NCBI GenBank assembly: GCA_964016885.1
Contig: OZ024766.1
Span: forward strand, 16,988,001-17,052,000
Origin: Eledone cirrhosa
Lineage: Eukaryota
Reading direction: 5' to 3'
DNA length: 64,000 bases
In this document: in pieces, positions 27,085 through 40,405 of the stretch
How the letters are laid out: each line of letters begins with the position of its first letter
How positions within the stretch are numbered: position 1 is the stretch's first letter
The notes under the pieces: generated by a model
Told to the model about the DNA's origin: nothing
What the model saw: only the letters and a program-made list of their open reading frames with translations
The model's database searches: none
Translations under genes and position numbers: made by a program

Positions 27085-29222
27085 GTCCAGTGATTCTCTC
27101 CTGAGACATTCTAACCACATGTCCATAGTATCAGAGCTGTGATCTCTCAATTCAGAGAAGTAACTGCTCTACCTGGATTGACTCTCCAGTGACTCTTACC
27201 TGAGACATTCTAACCACATGTCCATAGTATCAGAGCTGTGATCTCTCAATTCAGAGAAGTAGCAGCTCTACCTGGATTGACTCTCCAGTGATTCTTTCCT
27301 GAGACATTCTAACCACATGTCCATAGTATCAGAGCTGTGATCTCTCAATTCAGAGAAGTAGCAGCTCTACCTGGATTGACTCTCCAGTGATTCTTTCCTG
27401 AGACATTCTAACCACATGTCCATAGTATCAGAGCTGTGATCTCTCAATTCAGAGAAGTAGCAGCTCTACCTGGAGTGACTCTCCAGTGATTCTTTCCTGA
27501 GACATTCTAACCACATGTCCATAGTATCAGAGCTGTGATCTCTCAATTCAGAGAAGTAGCAGCTCTACCTGGAGTGACTCTCCAGTGATTCTTTCCTGAG
27601 ACATTCTAACCACATGTCCATAGTATCAGAGCTGTGATCTCTCAATTCAGAGAAGTAGCAGCTCTACCTGGATTGACTCTCCAGTGATTCTTTCCTGAGA
27701 CATTCTAACCACATGTCCATAGTATCAGAGCTGTGATCTCTCAATTCAGAGAAGTAGCAGCTCTACCTGGAGTGACTCTCCAGTGATTCTTTCCTGAGAC
27801 ATTCTAACCACATGTCCATAGTATCAGAGCTGTGATCTCTCAATTCAGAGAAGTAGCAGCTCTACCTGGAGTGACTCTCCAGTGATTCTTTCCTGAGACA
27901 TTCTAACCACATGTCCATAGTATCAGAGCTGTGGTCTCTCAATTCAGAGAAGTAACAGCTCTACCTGGAGTGACTCTCCAGAGATTCTTTCCTGAGACAT
28001 TCTAACCACATGTCCATAGTATCTGAGCTGTGATCTCTCAATTCAGAGAAGTAGCAGCTCTACCTGGAGTGACTCTCCAGTGATTCTTTCCTGAGACATT
28101 CTAACCACATGTCCATAGTATCTGAGCTGTGATCTCTCAATTCAGAGAAGTAGCAGCTCTACCTGGAGTGACTCACCAGTGATTCTTTCCTGAGACATTC
28201 TAACCACATGTCCATAGTATCAGAGCTGTTATCTCTCAATTCAGAGAAGTAGCAGCTCTACCTGGAGTGACTCTCCAGTGATTCTTACCTGAGACATTCT
28301 AACCACATGTCCATAGTATCAGAGCTGTGATCTCTCAATTCAGAGAAGTAGCAGCTCTACCTGGAGTGACTCTCCAATGATTCTTTCCTGAGACATTCTA
28401 ACCCCATGTCCATAGTATCAGAGCTGTGATCTCTCAATTCAGAGAAGTAGCAGCTCTACCTGGAGTGACACTCCAGTGATTCTTTCCTGAGACATTCTAA
28501 CCCCATGTCCATAGTATCAGAGCTGTGATCTCTCAATTCAGAGAAGTAGCAGCTCTACCTGGAGTGACTCTCCAGTGATTCTTTCCTGAGACATTCTAAC
28601 CCCATGTCCATAGTATCAGAGCTGTGGTCTCTCAATTCAGAGAAGTAGCAGCTCTACCTGGAGTGACTCTCCAGTGATTCTTTCCTGAGACATTCTAACC
28701 CCATGTCCATAGTATCAGAGCTGTGGTCTCTCAATTCAGAGAAGTAGCAGCTCTACCTGGAGTGACTCTCCAGTGATTCTTTCCTGAGACATTCTAACCA
28801 CATGTCCATAGTATCAGAGCTGTGATCTCTCAATTCAGAGAAGTAGCAGCTCTACCTGGAGTGACTCTCCAGTGATTCTTTCCTGAGACATTCTAACCCC
28901 ATGTCCATAGTATCAGAGCTGTGATCTCTCAATTCAGAGAAGTAGCAGCTCTACCTGGAGTGACTCTCCAGTGATTCTTTCCTGAGACATTCTAACCACA
29001 TGTCCATAGTATCAGAGCTGTTATCTCTCAATTCAGAGAAGTAGCAGCTCTACCTGGAGTGACTCTCCAGTGATTCTTACCTGAGACATTCTAACCACAT
29101 GTCCATAGTATCAGAGCTGTGATCTCTCAATTCAGAGAAGTAGCAGCTCTACCTGGAGTGACTCTCCAGTGATTCTTACCTGAGACATTCTAACCACATG
29201 TCCATAGTATCAGAGCTGTGAT
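27085..29222. repeat. Highly homogeneous 99-bp satellite, about 22 copies
   Basis: CCAGTGA at 27087 through 29166, an offset of exactly 21 x 99. Confidence 0.97.
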
Positions 29223-29471
29223 TTCTTCCATCATAATTTTATGTAAGAACCTTTGTTAAGTTATGTTCTATTAGAAATATGGTAACGAAAGGGTTTAAAG
29301 GTCTTTCAAGTGTTAAACAATAACAAAAGGGCTAAAGAATTAAAAGGGATCACTCACTGACTGGGCTGTTAGGGTCCGTTATCACCTGGACCCTGTCTAC
29401 CTTGCAGATGAGAATAGAATCTCGTACCTGGGTCTCGCTCTCATACAGCAGGTACCTAGAGTAATAGATAT

Positions 29472-32400
29472 ATAATAATAATAATAATAATTTCTGCATT
29501 ACTGCCCATAAGGGCCAGCATATAGGGGACAATACAAAGAAGCGACAGCAGGGGTTACTTACATGCACTCTAGTAAAAAAAAAAAAAATGACCGAAACAA
29601 ACGAAAATAAAAATAACAGAATTCCCCAATAGGGGTGCGGGGGAGGGGGGGTTACCACCGAGGAGTGACATTAGGAACTCCACAAATCCCAACCGCCCTT
29701 TATCTCCAAAAGCACCCTAGGAGGGCACTCTTCTCTCCATCCATCTTTCCAGCCTACAGGCGCTTGCTCAGAGTCGGCCCATTCGCATGGGCCCCTCTTG
29801 CAACAATCGCCCACTTTTTAAAGAATCTTCTGGGGGTGTTTGCAGCACTTCTCTCTCCACCCTTATCTTCCTTTCCAAGTCGAACTTGAAGTGACATTAG
29901 GAACTCCACAAATCCCAATGGCCCTTTATCTCCATTCATCTTTCCAGCCTACAGGCGCTTGCTCAGAGTCGGCCCATTCGCATGGGCCCTTCTTGCAACA
30001 ATCGCCCACTTTTTAAAGAATCTTCTGGGGGTGTTTGCAGCACTTCTCTCTCCACCCTTATCTTCCTTTCCAAGTCGAACTTGAAGTGACATTAGGAACT
30101 CCACAAATCCCAATGGCCCTTTATCTCCATTCATCTTTCCAGCCTACAGGCGCTTGCTCAGAGTGGGCCCATTCGCATGGGCCCCTCTTGCAACAATCGC
30201 CCACTTTTTAAAGAATCTTCTGGGGGTGTTTGCAGCACTTCTCTCTCCACCCTTATCTTCCTTTCCAAGTCGAACTTGAAGTGACATTAGGAACTCCACA
30301 AATCCCAATGGCCCTTTATCTCCATTCATCTTTCCAGCCTACAGGCGCTTGCTCAGAGTGGGCCCATTCAAATGGGCCCTTCTTGCAACAATCGCCCCAC
30401 TTTTTAAAGAATCTTCTGGGGGTGTTTGCAGCACTTCTCTCTCCACCCTTATCTTCCTTTCCAAGTCGAACTTGAAGTGACATTAGGAACTCCACAAATC
30501 CCAATGGCCCTTTATCTCCATTCATCTTTCCAGCCTACAGGCGCTTGCTCAGAGTGGGCCCATTCAAATGGGCCCTTCTTGCAACATTCGCCCAATTTTT
30601 TAAAGAATCTTCTGGGGGTGTTTGCAGCACTTCTCTCTCCACCCTTATCTTCCTTTCCAAGTCGAACTTGAAGTGACATTAGGAACTCCACAAATCCCAA
30701 TGGCCCTTTATCTCCATTCATCTTTCCAGTCTACAGGCGCTTGCTCAGAGTGGGCCCATTCAAATGGGCCCTTCTTGCAACAATCGCCCCACTTTTTAAA
30801 GAATCTTCTGGGGGTGTTTGCAGCACTTCTCTCTCCACCCTTATCTTCCTTTCCAAGTCGAACTTGAAGTGACATTAGGAACTCCACAAATCCCAATGGC
30901 CCTTTATCTCCATTCATCTTTCCAGCCTACAGGCGCTTGCTCAGAGTGGGCCCATTCAAATGGGCCCTTCTTGCAACAATCGCCCCACTTTTTAAAGAAT
31001 CTTCTGGGGGTGTTTGCAGCACTTCTCTCTCCACCCTTATCTTCCTTTCCAAGTCGAACTTGAAGTGACATTAGGAACTCCACAAATCCCAATGGCCCTT
31101 TATCTCCATTCATCTTTCCAGCCTACAGGCGCTTGCTCAGAGTGGGCCCATTCAAATGGGCCCTTCTTGCAACATTCGCCCAATTTTTTAAAGAATCTTC
31201 TGGGGGTGTTTGCAGCACTTCTCTCTCCACCCTTATCTTCCTTTCCAAGTCGAACTTGAAGTGACATTAGGAACTCCACAAATCCCAATGGCCCTTTATC
31301 TCCATTCATCTTTCCAGCCTACAGGCGCTTGCTCAGAGTGGGCCCATTCAAATGGGCCCTTCTTGCAACAATCGCCCCACTTTTTAAAGAATCTTCTGGG
31401 GGTGTTTGCAGCACTTCTCTCTCCACCCTTATCTTCCTTTCCAAGTCGAACTTGAAGTGACATTAGGAACACCACAAATCCCAATGGCCCTTTATCTCCA
31501 TTCATCTTTCCAGCCTACAGGCGCTTGCTCAGAGTGGGCCCATTCGCATGGGCCCCTCTTGCAACAATCGCCCACTTTTTAAAGAATCTTCTGGGGGTGT
31601 TTGCAGCACTTCTCTCTCCACCCTTATCTTCCTTTCCAAGTCGAACTTGAAGTGACATTAGGAACTCCACAAATCCCAATGGCCCTTTATCTCCATTCAT
31701 CTTTCCAGCCTACAGGCGCTTGCTCAGAGTCGGCCCATTCGCATGGGCCCTTCTTGCAACAATCGCCCCACTTTTTAAAGAATCTTCTGGGGGTGTTTGC
31801 AGCACTTCTCTCTCCACCCTTATCTTCCTTTCCAAGTCGAACTTGAAGTGACATTAGGAACTCCACAAATCCCAATGGCCCTTTATCTCCATTCATCTTT
31901 CCAGCCTACAGGCGCTTGCTCAGAGTGGGCCCATTCGCATGGGCCCCTCTTGCAACAATCGCCCACTTTTTAAAGAATCTTCTGGGGGTGTTTGCAGCAC
32001 TTCTCTCTCCACCCTTATCTTCCTTTCCAAGTCGAACTTGAAGTGACATTAGGAACTCCACAAATCCCAATGGCCCTTTATCTCCATTCATCTTTCCAGC
32101 CTACAGGCGCTTGCTCAGAGTGGGCCCATTCAAATGGGCCCTTCTTGCAACAATCGCCCCACTTTTTAAAGAATCTTCTGGGGGTGTTTGCAGCACTTCT
32201 CTCTCCACCCTTATCTTCCTTTCCAAGTCGAACTTGAAGTGACATTAGGAACTCCACAAATCCCAATGGCCCTTTATCTCCATTCATCTTTCCAGCCTAC
32301 AGGCGCTTGCTCAGAGTGGGCCCATTCGCATGGGCCCCTCTTGCAACAATCGCCCACTTTTTAAAGAATCTTCTGGGGGTGTTTGCAGCACTTCTCTCTC

Positions 32401-32635
32401 CACCCTTATCTTCCTTTCCAAGTCGAACTTGAAGTGACATTAGGAACTCCACAAATCCCAATGGCCCTTTATCTCCATTCATCTTTCCAGCCTACAGGCG
32501 CTTGCTCAGAGTGGGCCCATTCAAATGGGCCCTTCTTGCAACAATCGCCCCACTTTTTAAAGAATCTTCTGGGGGTGTTTGCAGCACTTCTCTCTCCACC
32601 CTTATCTTCCTTTCCAAGTCGAACTTGAAAAAGAC
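29472..32635 (-). mobile_element. 5'-truncated Tx1/L1-like LINE 3' end whose ORF2 terminus is amplified as a 195/196-bp satellite (about 15 copies)
   Basis: Minus strand reads FFKFDLERKIRVEREVL / PRRFFKKWAIVAR..NGPTLSKRL then a stop, a 3' UTR and a (TTA)n tail at 29472-29491; the array is certain, the family call is from recall. Confidence 0.6.
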
Positions 32636-32726
32636 TGAAGGACTTTAAACAGGGGGTGAGTCTGCTGATTGACATGACAGCTCCTATAGACAAGGGTGTG
32701 TCTATAAAAACATGCCTAGACAAGTA

Positions 32727-32846
32727 TAATAGTTTCTACTTTTGGCACAAGGCCACCGATTACCCCCAGTGCACCACTGGTACTTTATTTTATCGACCTT
32801 GTAAGGATGAAAGGCAAAGTTAACCTCGGCGGATTTGAACTCAGTA
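32727..32846 (-). mobile_element. Truncated Nin-type SINE
   Basis: Core motif present; AGACAAGT flanks both sides. Confidence 0.8.
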
Positions 32847-32855
32847 CAGACAAGT

Positions 32856-34424
32856 CATCATCATCATCATCACCGTTTTACATCCGTTCTTCCACGCTAG
32901 CATGGGTTAGACGGGTTGTCCTGTTGTGGGCAGTGTCCGGTCGGCTGACCATGCCCTTGCTCATACAGGAACTGATTTTGGCTTGATTTCTACAGCTGGA
33001 TGCCCTTCCTAACACCAACCTCATTTACAGTGTGTGCTGGGTGCTTTTTCGTGGCACCTCCACGTCTACTTTACAGTGTGGGCTGGGTGCTTTTTTGCCG
33101 TGGCACCCCCACGACCACCTTGCGGTGGGGTGTGGGGGCACAAGTGTAGCAGTAATATAAGCGAACGGCAAAGCATGAATGAATTGAGAGAGAGACTGAG
33201 CATAAGAGGAATCAAATGCTGTGTGCAGGAGAGGAGGTTGCGTTCGTATGGACATGTGATGCGTATGAAGGATGACAGCTGCATAAAAAGGTGCAGAGCA
33301 CTAGAAGTCGATGGAAACCGCGGAGTGGGGAGACCCAAGATGACCTGGGATGAGGTGATAAAAGCCGACCTTACCCAATTGCACCTCTCAAAGGCGATGA
33401 CACACGACCGTGACCTCTGGCGTCACGCAGTAATACAGAGTACCCAACCTCCCATGGGTACAAGCTGAAGCATATAAACAATATGCCCCACACCCCTCAC
33501 TGTAAAGTGGTCGAGGAGGTGCCACAGCAAAAAAGCACCCAGCCCACACTGTAAAGTGGTCGTGGAGGTACCATGGCAAAAAAAGCACCCAGCACTCACT
33601 GTAAAGTGGTCGTGGAGGTGCCACAGCAAAAAAGCACCCAGCCCATACTGTAAAGTGATCGTGGAGGTGCCATGGCAAAAAAGCACCCAGCACTCACTGT
33701 AAAGTGGTCGTGGAGGTGCCACGGAAAAAAAAGCACCCAGCACTCACTGTAAGGTGGTCATGGAGGTGCCACGGAAAAAAAAGCACCCAGCACTCACTGT
33801 AAAGTGGTCGTGGAGGTGCCACGGCAAAAAAGCACCCAGCACTCACTGTAAAGTGGTCGTGGAGGTGCCACGGAAAAAAAAGCACCCAGCACTCACTGTA
33901 AAGTGGTCGTGGAGGTGCCACAGCAAAAAAAGCACACAGCACTCACTGTAAAGTGGTCGTGGAGGTGACACGGCAAAAAAGCACCCAGCACTCACTGTAA
34001 AGTGGACGTGGAGGTGCCATGGCAAAAAAGCACCCAGCACTCACTGTAAAGTGGTCATGTAGGTGCCACGGCAAAAAAAGCACCCAGCACTCCCTGTAAA
34101 GTGGTCGTGGAGGTGCTACGGAAAAAAAAGCACCCAGCACTCACTGTAAAGTGGTCGTGGAGGTGCCACGGCAAAAAAGCACCCAGCCCACACTGTAAAG
34201 TGGTTGTGTAGGCACCACGGAAAAAAAAGCACCCAGCACTCACTGTAAATGAGGTTGGTGTTAGGAAGGACATCCAGCTGTAGAAATCAAGCCAGAATCA
34301 GTTCCCGTACGAGCAAGACAAGGTCAGCCGACCGGACACTGCCCACAACAGGACAACCCGTCTAAACCATGCTAGCGTGGCAGAACGGACATAAAACGGT
34401 GATGATGATGACGATGATGATGAT
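32856..34424. mobile_element. Two divergently oriented RTE-derived copies (minus 32856-33140; plus 33140-34424 with about 15 x 49-bp units)
   Basis: (CAT)n tail on the left and (GAT)n tail on the right; RTE ORF end LRERLSIRGIKCCVQERRLRSYGHVMRM. Confidence 0.88.
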
Positions 34425-34644
34425 ATATATAAAAATATCTTACCGATGATCCGTAGAGAGTTTACAAAAGAATATCGTAGCGTTATCAGACGGCTCAGCA
34501 TTTATGTCGTCTAGTACGTAGAATTCACAGCCTGAAAAACAAATAGACAGGGTTGTGGGTAATGTGCAGAGGCAAAGGGTAACCTGGAAAGCAGGGCATG
34601 CAGTCCAATCGGCATGGCGGAAAGTGGGGCTGTGCAGCCTTACG

Positions 34645-36478
34645 GTAAGAACCTTTGTTAAGTTATGTTCCAGGAGAAATATGGTAAGAACCTTTGTTAA
34701 GTTATGTTCCAGTAGAAATATGGTAACAACCTTTGTTAAGTTATGTTCCAGTAGAAATATGGTAATAAAGGGGTTAAAGTGTTTATATTTATCTAAAAAC
34801 CTTCCAAACTAATTTTATGTAAGAACCTTTGTTAAGTTATGTTCCATTAGAAATATGGTAATGAAAGGGTTAAAGTGTTTATATTTATCTAAAAATCTTC
34901 CATTATAATTTTATGTAAGAACCTTTGTTAAGTTATGTTCCATTAGAAATATGGTAATGAAAGGGTTAAAGTGTTTATATTTATCTAAAAACCTTCCAAA
35001 ACTAATTTTATGTAAGAACCTTTGTTAAGTTATGTTCCATTAGAGATATGGTAATGAAAGGGTTAAAGTGTTTATATTTATCTAAAAACCTTCCACCATA
35101 ATTTTATATAAGAACCTTTGTTAAGCTATGTTCCATTAGAAATATGGTAATGAAAGGGTTAAAGTGTTTATATTTATCTAAAAACCTTCCAAACTAATTT
35201 TATGTAAGAACCAACTAATTTTATGTAGAACCTTTGTTAAGTTATGTTCCATTAGAAATATGGCAGTGAAAGGGTTAAAATGTTTATATTTATCTAAAAA
35301 GCTTCCATCATAATTTTATGTAAGAACCTTTGTTAAGTTATGTTCCATTAGAAATATGGTAATGAAAGGGTTAAAATGTTTATATTTATCTAAAAAGCTT
35401 CCATCATAATTTTATGTAAGAACCTTTGTTAAGTTATGTTCCATTAGAAATATGGTAATGAAAGGGTTAAAGTGTTTATATTTATCTAAAAACCTTCCAT
35501 CATAATTTTATGTAAGAACCTTTGTTAAGTTATGTTCCATTAGAAATATGGTAATGAAAGGGTTAAAGTGTTTATATTTATCTAAAAACCTTAGTGTTTA
35601 TATTTATCTAAAAACCTTCCATCATAATTTTATGTAAGAACCTTTGTTAAGTTATGTTCCATTAGAAATATGGTAATGAAAGGGTTAAAATGTTTATATT
35701 TATCTAAAAAGCTTCCATCATAATTTTATGTAAGAACCTTTGTTAAGTTATGTCCCATTAGAAATATGGTAATGAAAGGGTTAAAGTGTTTATATTTATC
35801 TAAAAACCTTCCATCATAACTTTATGTAGGAACCTTTGTTAAGTTATGTCCCAGTAGAAATATGGTAATGAAAGGGTTAAAGTGTTAATATTTATCTAAA
35901 AACCTTCCATCATAATTTTATGTAAGAACCTTTGTTAAGTTATGTTCCATGAGAAATATGGTAATGAAAGGGTTAAAGTGTTTATATTTATCTAAAAACC
36001 TTCCATCATAATTTTATGTAAGAACCTTTGTTAAGTTATGTTCCATGAGAAATATGGTAATGAAAGGGTTAAAGTGTTTATATTTATCTAAAAACCTTCC
36101 ATCATAATTTTATGTAAGAACCTTTGTTAAGTTATGTTCCATTAGAAATATGGTAATGAAAGGGTTAAAGTGTTAATATTTATCTAAAAACCTTCCATCA
36201 TAATTTTATGTAAGAACCTTTGTTAAGTTATGTCCCATTAGAAATATGGTCATGAAAGGGTTAAAGTGTCTATATTTATCTAAAATCCTTCCACCATAAT
36301 TTTATGCGAGAACCTTTGTTAAGTTATGCCCCATCAGAAATATGGTAATGAAAGGGTTAAAGTGTTTATATTTATCTAAAATCCTTCCACCATAATTTTA
36401 TGCGAGAACCTTTGTTATGTTACGTTCCATTAGAAATATGGTAACGAAAGGGTTTCTATTTATCTAAAAACCTTCTAA
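34645..36478. repeat. About 96-bp satellite (about 17 copies) containing a piggyBac-like terminus
   Basis: Each unit carries AGAAATATGGTAATGAAAGGG-TTAA; a solo copy lies at 29225-29297. Confidence 0.92.
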
Positions 36479-36769
36479 CCCTCTTTGCCATACTACAGTG
36501 GCGACACTACAACCCTAACAACCACTACCACAGCGAGACAGGTAACCCCTAATGAGCCTTACTTACCATTCAGCAGTACCTTCAGGTGTTTCTCAAAGAA
36601 GTCGTTCTCCTGTTTCGTTATCTTTGTACAGTTACCACACATCCTAACTGGGTCAATAAAACACATACGAGGTAACGGTACTTTATTTTCACAACATCGA
36701 CTGCAAAACAGGCGACCACATCTCCGACAATGGTGCTGAAACAGACAAAAAAAAAAATCACAATATTTA

Positions 36770-36910
36770 GATTGGCAATATCGGTAGAAGGTCGGACGCC
36801 ATGATTTTGAAGCATAGAGTTACGGCCCTTGCCATTCTGAGTTCAAATCCCGCCGAGGTAAACTTTGCCTTTCATCCTTACCGAGTCGATAAAATAAAGT
36901 ACCAGTAATT
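36770..36910 (+). mobile_element. Nin-type SINE lacking its 3' end
   Basis: TTGGCAATATCGGTAGA head, box B and core. Confidence 0.85.
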
Positions 36911-36917
36911 CATTTTA

Positions 36918-39900
36918 TTTCATTTTACGTCCGCTTTTTCCCTGCTTGCAAGGGTGGGACAGGAACTGATTCTGGCTTGTTTCTACAGCTGGATGTCCTT
37001 CCTAACACCAACCTCATTTACAGTGAGTGCTGGGTGCTTTTTTGCCGTGGCACCTCCACGACCACTTTACAGTGAGTGCTGGGTGCTTTTTTACCGTGGC
37101 ACCTCCACGACCACTTTACAGTGAGTGCTGGGTGCTTTTTTTACCGTGGCACCTCCACGACCACTTTACAGTGAGTGCTGGGTGCTTTTTTTTGCCGTGA
37201 CATCCCCACGACCACTTCACAGTGAGTGCTGGGTACTTTTTTTGCTGTGGCACCTCCATGACCACTTTACAATGAGTGCTGGGTGCTTTTTTGCCGTGGC
37301 ACCTCCATGACCACCTTACAGTGAGTGCTGGGTGCTTTCTTACCGTGGCACCTCCACTACCACTTTACAGTGAGTGCTGGGTGCTTTCTTACCGTGGCAC
37401 CTCCACTACCACTTTACAGTCAGTGCTGGGTGCTTTTTTGCCGTGGCACCTCCACGACCAGGTTACAGTGAGTGCTGGGTGCTTTTTTTTTCCGTGGTAC
37501 CTCCACGACCACTTTACAGTGAGTGCTGGGTGCTTTTTTTCCGTGACACCTCCACGACCACTTTACAGTGAGTGGTGGGTGCTTTTTTTGCCGTGGCACC
37601 TCCACGACCACTTTACAGTGAGGGCTGGGTGCTTTTTTTCCGTGGTACCTCCACGACCACTTTACAGTGAGGGCTGGGTGCTTTTTTGCCGTGGCACCTC
37701 CACGACCACTTTACAGTGAGTGCTGGGTGCTTTTTTTCCGTGACACCTCCACGACCACTTTACAGTGAGTGGTGGGTGCTTTTTTTGCCGTGGCACCTCC
37801 ACGACCACTTTACAGTGAGGGCTGGGTGCTTTTTTTCCGTGGTACCTCCACGACCACTTTACAGTGATTGCTGGGTGCTTTTTTGCCGTGGCACCTCCAC
37901 GACCACTTTACAGTGAGTGCTGGGTGCTTTTTTTGCCGTGGTACCTCCACGACCACTTTACAGTGAGTGCTGGGTGCTTTTTTGCCGTGGCACCTCCACG
38001 ACCACTTCACAGTGAGTGCTGGGTGCTTTTTTTTTTCCGTGGTACCTCCACGACCACTTTACAGTGAGTGCTGGGTGCTATTTTTTCCGTGACACCTCCA
38101 TGACCACTTTACAGTGAGTGCCGGGTGCTTTTTTGTCGTGGCACCACCACGACCACTTTACAGTGAGTGCTGGGTGCTTTTTTTTTCCGTGACACCTCCA
38201 TGACCACTTTACAGTGAGTGCTGGGTGCTTTTTTGCCGTGGCACCACCACGACCACTTTACAGTGAGGGCTGGGTGCTTTTTTGCCGTGGCACCTCCACG
38301 ACCACTTTACAGTGAGGGCTGGGTGCTTTTTTGCCGTGGCACCTCCACGACCACTTTACAGTGAGTGCTGGGTGCTTTTTTGCCGTGGCACCTCCACGAC
38401 CACTTTACAGTGAGGGCTGGGTGCTTTTTTGCCGTGGCACCACCACGACCACTTTACAGTGAGTGCTGGGTGCTTTTTTGCCGTGGCACCTCCACGACCA
38501 CTTTACAGTGAGTGCTGGGTGCTTTTTTGCCGTGGCACCACCACGACCACTTTACAGTGAGTGCTGGGTGCTTTTTTGCCGTGGCACCACCACGACCACT
38601 TTACAGTGAGTGCTGGGTGCTTTTTTGCCGTGGCACCACCACGACCACTTTACAGTGAGTGCTGGGTGCTTTTTTGCCGTGGCACCTCCACGACCACTTT
38701 ACAGTGAGGGCTGGGTGCTTTTTTGCCGTGGCACCACCACGACCACTTTACAGTGAGTGCTGGGTGCTTTTTTGCCGTGGCACCTCCACGACCACTTTAC
38801 AGTGAGTGCTGGGTGCTTTTTTGCCGTGGCACCACCACGACCACTTTACAGTGAGTGCTGGGTGCTTTTTTGCCGTGGCACCACCACGACCACTTTACAG
38901 TGAGTGCTGGGTGCTTTTTTGCCGTGGCACCACCACGACCACTTTACAGTGAGTGCTGGGTGCTTTTTTGCCGTGGCACCTCCACGACCACTTTACAGCG
39001 AGTGCTGGGTGCTTTTTTTTCCGTGGTACCTCCACGACCACTTAACAGGGAGTGCTGGGTGCTTTTTTTTCCGTGGCACCTCCACGACCACTTTACAGTG
39101 AGTGCTGGGTGCTTTTTTGCCGTGACACCTCCACGACCACTTTACAGTGAGTGCTGGGTGCTTTTTTGCCGTGGCACCTCCACGACCACTCTACAGTGAG
39201 TGGTGGGTGCTTTTTTTTCCGTGGTACCTCCACGACCACTTTACAGTGAGTGCTGGGTGCTTTTTTGCCGTGGCACTTCCACGACGACTTTACAGTGTGG
39301 GCTGGGTGCTTTTTTGCCGTGGCACCTCCACGACCACCTTAGAGTGAGTGTGGGTGCTTTTTTGCCGTGGCACCTCCACGACCACTTTACAGTGAGTGCT
39401 GGGTGCTTTTTTGCCGTGGCACCTCCACGACCACTTTACAGTGAGTGCTGGGTGCTTTTTTTTTCCGTGACACCTCCATGACCACTTTACAGTGAGTGCT
39501 GGGTGCTTTTTTGCCGTGGGACCACCACGACCACTTTACAGTGAGTGCTGGGTGCTTTTTTGCCGTGGCACCTCCACGACCACTTTACAGTGAGTGCTGG
39601 GTGCTTTTTTGCCGTGGCACCACCACGACCACTTTACAGTGAGTGCTGGGTGCTTTTTTGCCGTGGCACCACCACGACCAATTTACAGTGAGTGCTGGGT
39701 GCTTTTTTGCCGTGGCACCACCACGACCACTTTACAGTGAGTGCTGAGTGCTTTTTTGCCGTGGCACCACCACGACCACTTTACAGTGAGTGCTGGGTGC
39801 TTTTTCGTGGCACCTCCACGACCACTTTACAGTGAGTGCTGGGTGCTTTTTCGTGGCACCTCCACGACCACTTTACAGTGAGTGCTGGGTGCTTTTTTGC

Positions 39901-40135
39901 CGTGGTACCTCCACGACCACTTTACAGTAAGTGCTGGGTGCTTTTTTGCCGTGGCACCACCACGACCACCTTGCAGTGGAAGGGTGTGGGGGCATATTTT
40001 CTATATGCTTCCGCTTATTCCCATGGGAGGTCGGGTACTCTGTATTACTGCGTGACGCCAGAGGTCACGGTCGTGTGTCATCCATCGCCTTGGAGAGGTG
40101 TAATTGGGTAAGGCCGGCTTTTATCACCTCATCCA
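36918..40135 (-). mobile_element. RTE-derived element with about 60 x 49-bp internal repeats
   Basis: Tail at 36918-36965, array at 37015-39975, RTE ORF end (DEVIKA..DRDLWR) at 40020-40135. Confidence 0.92.
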
Positions 40136-40400
40136 TTGAAGGTGGAAAATTGGGAGAGGGCACTTGCCCTGGTGGTCAGGATCACCGTGGCTTTTTTAAT
40201 GGGCTTTCTCCACGAATGTCCCTTGGAAGTCTCCCCCCTATTGGGGAATTTTTTCATTGTTCCATTTTTTGTTACATCCTTCGCTTTTGTTTTTTTTACA
40301 TGCAGAAATGCCCATTTGTACCGTCCTGTACTGTCCTTAATGTCTACTTTATGTAAACCCTTGTGGTTAATAAAGAAAGCATTATTATTATTATTATCAT
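40136..40400 (+). mobile_element. LINE 3' UTR remnant with (ATT)n tail
   Basis: Shares CCCCTATTGGGGAATT with the 29.6-kb element; AATAAA followed by (ATT)n. Confidence 0.5.
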
Positions 40401-40405
40401 CATTA

